This document shows, piece after piece, positions 44,862 through 50,888 of a DNA stretch of 50,888 nt; within the stretch, counting starts at the first letter, position 1, and every line of letters begins with the position of its first letter. Below the pieces are notes generated by a model that was not told where the DNA came from, searched no databases, and saw only the letters and a list, made by a program, of their open reading frames with translations. Source of the stretch: Deltaproteobacteria bacterium. GTDB lineage: Bacteria; Myxococcota_A; UBA9160; SMWR01. The DNA lies in the NCBI GenBank assembly GCA_032128115.1, contig JAQBHB010000099.1:1-50888 (forward strand), in the 5' to 3' direction. The position numbers and the translations under genes were made by a program.

Positions 44862-47525
44862 CTACCGGGCGGCAAGAGCCGCTGCCAGACGCTCGCGCAG
44901 AGCGGGCAGGTCGTCGAAGGCCGGGCCGGGAACGTAGGTCAGGTCGCGGGCGCGGCCCGTGCTCTCCGGCGCCGCCGCCTGCTCGAGCATCTCGCATCTG
45001 ACCAGGGCGTCCACGGCGTTGGCGAACGTCACCGGGTTGGCGGCCTCGCGCCGATCCACCTCGCCCAGCAGGTCCGAGCGCTCGTATTGCTCCTCGGCGG
45101 CCTTCAGGAGGCGCTTGGACGAAATCGGGCCCGGCAGGGCCTGGGCCGCTGCGAAGGTGGTGTAGTAGACCTCCACGACGCCGCGGGTCTGCTCGGCCAA
45201 GCGCCGGAAGGTGGGCGTCCCCTTCTCCGTGGCCCGCACGTGGCCTTCGCCGTGCTCCACCCAGCCGTAGCGGGCGAAGTGGTCGAGCATCCCGTCGAAA
45301 TGGGCCGCCATCACATCACCGCGCGGTGTGAAGAACTCGCCGTAGAAGACATCGAGCCAGGTGGCCAGATCCTCGCGCAGGTCGGCGTCCGTCGCGGGTC
45401 CCGCCAACAGTCGTCGGGCCAGCAAGCTCGGCGCCGCCAGGAAGTGCACGATGGTGTTGCGGTAGAGGTCCAGGGCCCGCCGGCGCGACTCCTCGAAGTA
45501 GAGGATCTCCCCCCGGCTGTCCTTCTCCAGGCGCACCAGGTCCATTCGCTGCAGAGAGGCAACCGCCTCGCGGAAGTCGCCCCCATCGCGGGCCAGTGCC
45601 GGCGTAAGCCGCACGTCCTGCAGGCGCAGCAGGTCGACGATCTCCTGCATGCGGGTCACCAAGTCGCTGCGGAACATGCCCCGGCGCCGCTCTCCCAGCA
45701 GCGCGCAAGCGGCCACCGACGTGGCGTTGGGAACCACCGCCCAGTTGATGCGCTCGGCAATGCGGTTTCCCAGGCGCTCGATGAAGCGCCGCATGTCGGC
45801 TTCCGACTCTGGCATCCCGGCGGCGAAGCGCTCGCGATTCCCCCCCAGCGCGTCCGCGAGCGAGATGGGCTCGCCGAAGTTCACGAACGCGCTTCCGAAG
45901 CGCCGCTGCAGATACTTTCGGGCGCGCACCAGACCGATCATGCTCTCGTCGCGCTTCCGCTCCCCCTCCAGCTCCTCGATCATGGCGCCCTCTTCCACCA
46001 GCCTTTCGTAGGTGATGGCGATGGGCACGAAGAACAGGTCGCGGCGACTGCTGCCCAGGAACGCCTCCACGTTCCACGTGAGGATTCCCAGGCGCGGAGC
46101 CAGCGTCTTCCCGGTGCGAGAGCGCCCACCTTCGATGAAGAACTCCTGGGTGAAGCCCTCGCGGATCAGGTAGGCCAGGTAGGAGCGGAACACCTCCTTG
46201 TAGAGAGGATCATCGAACGACTTGCGCATGAAGAACGCGCCGGCGCGTCGCCACAGGAAGCCGAAGGGGCCGAACGCCATGTTATCGCGCGCGGCGATAT
46301 GAGGCGGCACCAGGTGATTCTCGTAGAACAGACACGACATGATCGTGAAGTCGAAGTAGGAGCGGTGGCTGGGGACCAGCACCAGGGGGTGGCGCTTGGC
46401 GTACTCGGCCACCTTCTCGAGCCCGGAGATCTCGATCGAAGCGAACAGTCGCCGGGTGACCAGGCCCACCAGGAAGTTGAGGATCGCCAGGAAGGTCGAG
46501 TTCATGTTGGCGGCGATCTCGCGCACCATCTTCTCGGCCTCGGCCCGGGCCCACTCCAGCGGCCGGTTCTTCTCACGGGAGAGCTCCGCGATGGCGTTCT
46601 GGACCCGAGGGTCGCGGACCACGGCATCCTGCACCTTGTACCGTGGCTCGAGGGTTGGCCCCTCGACGATCTTCTCCTCCCGGGCCAGGAACATCAGGAT
46701 CGACCGCCGCAGCTTGCGGGCCACGGCCTGCTCGCCATCCTCGCGACGCCGCTCGATGAAGGAACCCAGGTTGACAGCGTCTCCCACCTTCACCCGCAGT
46801 CCGCGATAGGTGGTGAGGAACGCCACCACCTTGGCCAGATCCGTGGGTCGGGTCGCGGCTCCGTAGAAGAGGTTCAGGAAGCGACGTCGCGCGCGCGGGC
46901 CCTTGCGCCAGAACAGCGCCAGGGGAACCACATGAACCGTGCGGTCCGAATCCCAGGCCGTGCGCACGATCTCCTGCAGCAGATCGAATTCGCTGCGGCC
47001 CTGCTCGATGGCGCCGCGCTTGCCGCGCAGCCACGACCGCAGGCGCGCCGTGCGCATGAAGAGGAACAGCGACTCCCCAGTGTCCATCAGCTGCGTCGCC
47101 TGGGCGCGCGCCAGAGCGACTTCCACCTCCTGCGACACGCTTCGCGGCCGCGTGAAAGCCATGCGCAGCGCCTCGAAGATCGGCCGGTAGTAGTAGAAGC
47201 GGATGCCATTGGCGAAGCGCGACAGGCGCAGGCCTTCTCGCAGGAACAGGGCGTTGAACAGGAAGTAGTCCAACCGACTGGCGTAACGCATCACGTAGAT
47301 CACCGAGCCGCGTTGCTCGAGATCGCGGAGGCGCGCAACGGTGGACTCGTCCAGGCTGATGTCGCCGAAGAAGCGGTGCGCGAACCCCCGCAGGAAGAGA
47401 TTGAACCGCGGCGTCATGGCCGCGAGATGGGTCACTCCGGGCGCACCTCGGACTTCGGACGACGGATCGTCGGCGTGCAGCTTGGGTGCCTGCGGGGCGG
47501 ACGGCTGATCGGAAGGCAGCGACAT
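44862..47525 (-). CDS. plsB: Glycerol-3-phosphate O-acyltransferase (PlsB/DHAPAT family)
   Basis: PSHRSYFD (HX4D), GAFFMRK, FFIEGGRSRTGK, VPIAITYE. Confidence 0.88.
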   Translation of the reverse strand: MSLPSDQPSAPQAPKLHADDPSSEVRGAPGVTHLAAMTPRFNLFLRGFAHRFFGDISLDESTVARLRDLEQRGSVIYVMRYASRLDYFLFNALFLREGLRLSRFANGIRFYYYRPIFEALRMAFTRPRSVSQEVEVALARAQATQLMDTGESLFLFMRTARLRSWLRGKRGAIEQGRSEFDLLQEIVRTAWDSDRTVHVVPLALFWRKGPRARRRFLNLFYGAATRPTDLAKVVAFLTTYRGLRVKVGDAVNLGSFIERRREDGEQAVARKLRRSILMFLAREEKIVEGPTLEPRYKVQDAVVRDPRVQNAIAELSREKNRPLEWARAEAEKMVREIAANMNSTFLAILNFLVGLVTRRLFASIEISGLEKVAEYAKRHPLVLVPSHRSYFDFTIMSCLFYENHLVPPHIAARDNMAFGPFGFLWRRAGAFFMRKSFDDPLYKEVFRSYLAYLIREGFTQEFFIEGGRSRTGKTLAPRLGILTWNVEAFLGSSRRDLFFVPIAITYERLVEEGAMIEELEGERKRDESMIGLVRARKYLQRRFGSAFVNFGEPISLADALGGNRERFAAGMPESEADMRRFIERLGNRIAERINWAVVPNATSVAACALLGERRRGMFRSDLVTRMQEIVDLLRLQDVRLTPALARDGGDFREAVASLQRMDLVRLEKDSRGEILYFEESRRRALDLYRNTIVHFLAAPSLLARRLLAGPATDADLREDLATWLDVFYGEFFTPRGDVMAAHFDGMLDHFARYGWVEHGEGHVRATEKGTPTFRRLAEQTRGVVEVYYTTFAAAQALPGPISSKRLLKAAEEQYERSDLLGEVDRREAANPVTFANAVDALVRCEMLEQAAAPESTGRARDLTYVPGPAFDDLPALRERLAAALAAR

Positions 47526-47586
47526 CCTGCGTGCAGAGCGTAACCCGCCGGCCCGGCGGGGCAAACACCCGTCGCCGGGCGCGGGA

Positions 47587-48450
47587 TCAGTCGGGCAACA
47601 GGATCTCGCCCGCCTTCATCTTGTCGGCGATCTCTGCGGCCGTCCAGAGCCCCCCATCCTGCTTTTTGGTGATGCCGGTGTGGGTGACCACCTTCATCTC
47701 GGCGATCCGCCCTCCGCCCACGAAGAACGTCCGACCCGTGTGGTCTTTGGACAGATCGCTGGCCAGGTAGACCACCAGGGGCGACACCAGCCCCGGATTC
47801 ATCTGGGTCTTCAGCGTGTCGTCCTGGAAGCCCGGAAGGTCCTCGGTCAGGCGGGTGAGGGCCACCGGCGCCAGGATGAAGGCGCGAATGCCATATTTCT
47901 GACCCTCGATGGCCAGACATCGCGTCATTCCGGCGATGCCCGCCTTCGCCGCGCCATAGTTCGATTGTCCGAAGTTGCCGTTCAGACCCGAGGTGGAGGA
48001 CGTGTTGATGATCACGCCGCCCGCGCCCCGCTCCTTCATGTGGTTGTACACCGCGTGGGTGACGCAGTAGGTGCCCTTGAGGTGCACGGACACCACGATG
48101 TCCCACAGATCTTCGGTGGTGTTGGCGAACGATTTGTCGCGGAGGATCCCCGCGTTGTTGACGACCACGTCGACGCGATCGAAGGCGTCGAGGGCTGACT
48201 TCAGGATGTTCTGCCCGCCCGCAACGCTGGCCACGTTGTCGTAGTTGGCCACGGCCTCGCCGCCGGCCGCTTTGACCTCTTCGACCACCTTGTCGGCCAT
48301 GGACGCACTTCCGCCGGTTCCGTCGCGCGCGCCACCGAGATCGTTCACCACGACCGCGGCGCCCTCCTTGGCCAGCGCCAGCGCGTGCTCGCGACCCAGG
48401 CCGCCGCCCGCACCCGTTACGATGACGACTTTCCCGTCCAGGAGTCCCAT
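47587..48450 (-). CDS. Short-chain dehydrogenase, MFE-2-like 3-hydroxyacyl-CoA dehydrogenase type
   Basis: TGAGGGLG, VVNDLG, NNAGILRD, GNFGQSNYGAAK. Confidence 0.9.
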   Translation of the reverse strand: MGLLDGKVVIVTGAGGGLGREHALALAKEGAAVVVNDLGGARDGTGGSASMADKVVEEVKAAGGEAVANYDNVASVAGGQNILKSALDAFDRVDVVVNNAGILRDKSFANTTEDLWDIVVSVHLKGTYCVTHAVYNHMKERGAGGVIINTSSTSGLNGNFGQSNYGAAKAGIAGMTRCLAIEGQKYGIRAFILAPVALTRLTEDLPGFQDDTLKTQMNPGLVSPLVVYLASDLSKDHTGRTFFVGGGRIAEMKVVTHTGITKKQDGGLWTAAEIADKMKAGEILLPD

Positions 48451-48511
48451 GACGCTTCCTCCGATGCCAACAATGGCGAGCGCCGACACTACCCGACGCC
48501 CGACGGCCGAA

Positions 48512-49363
48512 TCAAGTAAAGAGGATCGTTCTCAGGGTCGCGAAGGGCTGAAAACCCAGCGATTCATATAAACGCTCGCCCGCGGCGTTGCCCTCCACCA
48601 CCGCGAGCTGCACGTGATCGGCGCCCTCGGCAAACGCCAGACGGCACAAGTCCGACACGCCGGATTTGGCGTAGCCGCGCCGGCGCACCTCGGGCCAGGT
48701 GTACACACCCTGGAGAAGCCAACCTTCCGGACGCCGCACGTCGGCGTAGCCGGTGAAGTGGATGCGACCCGCCTCCTCGACGACCCGGGCCCGCTCGATG
48801 CGTCCGCGGACCCAGCGCCTGAAGGCGCGCGTGTCGCCGGCGAAGGGATCGGGGCGCTGCTCCTCGCGCAGACTCTCACGGGCGGCGATCACGAGAGGTC
48901 CCAGGTCCGAACCGGACGCGGCGCGCGCTCTCTCGCCCGGTCGGGGATCCTGGAGCCTGGCACCACTGGCGCTCACCGCATAGGCGGTTTCCAGCCGGTC
49001 CACCAGGACGTGCCGCTTCTGCCGTCGGGTCAGGCATTGCCAGAACCGGTCCACCGCGGGGGCGAGACTTTTGACCAACCCCACGCCCATGGTTTCCAGG
49101 AAGGGCATGAAGGCTTCCACCGCGTCGGGCTCTGCCCGCGCGTCGAAGACCACGGTCGGGCGAAGTCCGGCCAACCCCACGAGACGGCCGTTTCGAAAGG
49201 CGCCGGCGATCTCGGTGCGTGCCTCACCGGGCGCAGGCGACGACCCGAGCCGCGCGGTGAGGTCGATCAGATACAGGTTCTTGCGGGGTTCGGTCTCCAG
49301 GTAGGCGAGCGCAGCCCCACTCTCGCCGACCTTCAGGAGACGCGACTCGATCGGCTGGTCCAT
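48512..49363 (-). CDS. GNAT family N-acetyltransferase
   Basis: C-terminal GVYTWPEVRRRGYA, N..GERLYESLGF. Confidence 0.88.
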   Translation of the reverse strand: MDQPIESRLLKVGESGAALAYLETEPRKNLYLIDLTARLGSSPAPGEARTEIAGAFRNGRLVGLAGLRPTVVFDARAEPDAVEAFMPFLETMGVGLVKSLAPAVDRFWQCLTRRQKRHVLVDRLETAYAVSASGARLQDPRPGERARAASGSDLGPLVIAARESLREEQRPDPFAGDTRAFRRWVRGRIERARVVEEAGRIHFTGYADVRRPEGWLLQGVYTWPEVRRRGYAKSGVSDLCRLAFAEGADHVQLAVVEGNAAGERLYESLGFQPFATLRTILFT

Positions 49364-49368
49364 GTCAC

Positions 49369-49439
49369 TCGATCACGACGAGGACGGCCCCTTCTCGACA
49401 GCGTCGATCACGACGAGGACGGCCCCCTCCTCGACAGCG
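49369..49439. repeat. Tandem duplication (35 + 36 bp)
   Basis: TCGATCACGACGAGGACGGCCCC(TT/CTC)CTCGACAGCG occurs twice; one copy is 1 nt shorter. Confidence 0.9.
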
Positions 49440-49612
49440 TCGCCCTCCTGCACCCGGATTTCGGCGACCCGCCCGCCACACGGGGACTCCACAGGGATCT
49501 CCATCTTCATGGACTCGATGATGATCAGCACGTCCTCCTGGGCCACCGTGTCGCCAACGGCCTTCTCGATCTTCCAGACTTTTCCCGCGATCTGCGCCTC
49601 GACCTCGGTCAC
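49373..49612 (-). CDS. Stand-alone biotinyl/lipoyl carrier protein
   Basis: VEAQIAGKVWKI...IESMKMEIPV...GDAVEEG; biotinylation motif ESMKM. Confidence 0.88.
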   Translation of the reverse strand: MTEVEAQIAGKVWKIEKAVGDTVAQEDVLIIIESMKMEIPVESPCGGRVAEIRVQEGDAVEEGAVLVVIDAVEKGPSSS

Positions 49613-49749
49613 CCTGCCCTCCTGGCCCACTGTTCCTGGCGCAATGGCCTTCTGGACTGCACTCGCCCTCGGCCGGCATGGTGCCCAGCCGGGCGCACCG
49701 GGGCAAGCGACGTGCCGCGTTCGCTATGATGCGGCCCTTCGGGAAATCC

Positions 49750-50888
49750 ATGCTCGAAACGCTTACCAGGGGATTTGAGTCCGCCCGCGAGAAGCTCTCG
49801 GGGGTTCGCGAACTCACCGACGAGAACGTCGGGGAATCGCTGCGCGACGTGCGCATGTCGCTTCTCGAAGCGGACGTGGACCTGTCCATCGTTCGGGACT
49901 TCCTCGCGCGGGTCAAGCAGCGGGCACTCGGCGAGAAGGTCGCCACCCGCGTCCGGGACGCGTCGGGCCGGCAGGTCCGGGTGACTCCGGGTCAGCACTT
50001 CGTCAAGGCCTGCGAGGAGGAGCTGACGGCCCTGATGGGGCCCGTGGATCCCTCCCTTCGGAGCGACGACCGCGGCACCACCTCGGTGATGCTGATCGGC
50101 CTGCAGGGCGTGGGCAAGACCACGGTGGCCGGCAAGCTCGCCCGCCACCTGAAGAAGAAGGAGAAGCGGCGGCCGCTGCTGGTGGCCGCCGACGTGCAGC
50201 GCCCCGCCGCCGTGTTGCAGCTGCAGCAGCTGGGGCAGCGGCTCGACGTGGAGGTCCACGTCGGGGCGCCCGGTGAGGGCCCCGCGGAGATCTGCGGGGC
50301 CGCGGCAAAACGTGCGCTCGCCGAGGGCTTCGACGCCATCATCTACGACACCGCCGGCCGCCTCGCGATCGACGACGTCCTGATGGCCGAGCTGGAGGAG
50401 ATCGCCAGCGCAACCCACCCGGCCAACACCTTGCTGGTGTGCGACGCCTTGATGGGGCGCGATGCGGTGAACGTGGCCGGCGCCTTCCGCGACCGCCTGG
50501 CGATCGACGGCCTGATCCTCACCAAACTCGACGGAGACGCCCGGGGTGGCGCCGCTCTGACGGCGAAAGCCGTCACCGGCGTCCCCATCAAGTTCGTGGG
50601 AACCGGCGAGGCGATGGATCGCCTGGAAGCGTTCCGACCCGAGGGCCTGGCCTCCCGCATCCTCGGAATGGGAGACATCGTCGGGCTCGTCCAGGACTTC
50701 GAAGAAGTGGTGGACGAGAAGGAGGCCGAGGCGGACGCCGAGCGCCTGCTGCGCGGCCACTTCGGCCTCGACGATCTGCTCAAGCAGCTGCGCACGATCC
50801 AGCGCATGGGCCCGATCCGGGAGGTGCTTGGCAAGCTCCCCATGTTCGGTTCCCTGGCCGAGCAGGTCGACGAGAGCCAGATGCGCAA
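49750..50888 (+). CDS. ffh: Signal recognition particle protein (runs off the window)
   Basis: Not in ORF track. Hand translation: MLETLTRGF...SLLEADV, GLQGVGKTT, DVQRPAA, DTAGR, TKLDGDARGGAAL, RILGMGD. Confidence 0.96.
   Translation, partial: MLETLTRGFESAREKLSGVRELTDENVGESLRDVRMSLLEADVDLSIVRDFLARVKQRALGEKVATRVRDASGRQVRVTPGQHFVKACEEELTALMGPVDPSLRSDDRGTTSVMLIGLQGVGKTTVAGKLARHLKKKEKRRPLLVAADVQRPAAVLQLQQLGQRLDVEVHVGAPGEGPAEICGAAAKRALAEGFDAIIYDTAGRLAIDDVLMAELEEIASATHPANTLLVCDALMGRDAVNVAGAFRDRLAIDGLILTKLDGDARGGAALTAKAVTGVPIKFVGTGEAMDRLEAFRPEGLASRILGMGDIVGLVQDFEEVVDEKEAEADAERLLRGHFGLDDLLKQLRTIQRMGPIREVLGKLPMFGSLAEQVDESQMR

Noticed and set aside
44748..47543. 931-aa plus-strand ORF
   Set aside because: Antisense to plsB.
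49369..49439. CRISPR-like 36-bp repeats
   Set aside because: Two adjacent copies with no spacer, inside a CDS, and no cas genes.
49609..50888. Minus-strand ORFs of 383 and 181 aa
   Set aside because: Antisense to ffh.

Overview
GC-rich chromosomal window, probably from a Myxococcota/'Deltaproteobacteria'-like bacterium (inferred from gene content, not proven). It carries about 48 genes, with no tRNA, rRNA, CRISPR array or mobile element seen. Left arm, minus strand: an oligopeptide-type ABC importer with enlarged subunits (oppA-B-C-D-F-A); TPR and LolB-like lipoproteins; iscA-iscS-cysC; xseA-xseB-ispA-dxs-tlyA; ftsE-ftsX-envC-ctpA. Middle: two DUF4097 proteins, DoxX, a lamin-tail PEP-CTERM protein, a SoxR-like regulator with a textbook MerR promoter, a beta-propeller/half-TolC protein and F420 genes cofD-cofC-cofE. 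Right arm: FAD oxidoreductase, engB, aminotransferase, a variant cytochrome c maturation operon (CcmE with CPSKF), a candidate structured sRNA, a sigma54-preceded Zn-ribbon protein, Nudix, hisG, plsB, SDR, GNAT, a biotinyl carrier and partial ffh. The most unusual observations are (1) an OppF ATPase fused through TM helices to a GspG pseudopilin-like domain, (2) a cluster of sigma54 promoters driving envelope proteins including a single-repeat TolC-like protein, (3) a candidate GGA-containing sRNA, and (4) two probable CTG start codons. All assignments come from reading motifs by eye; no searches were run.
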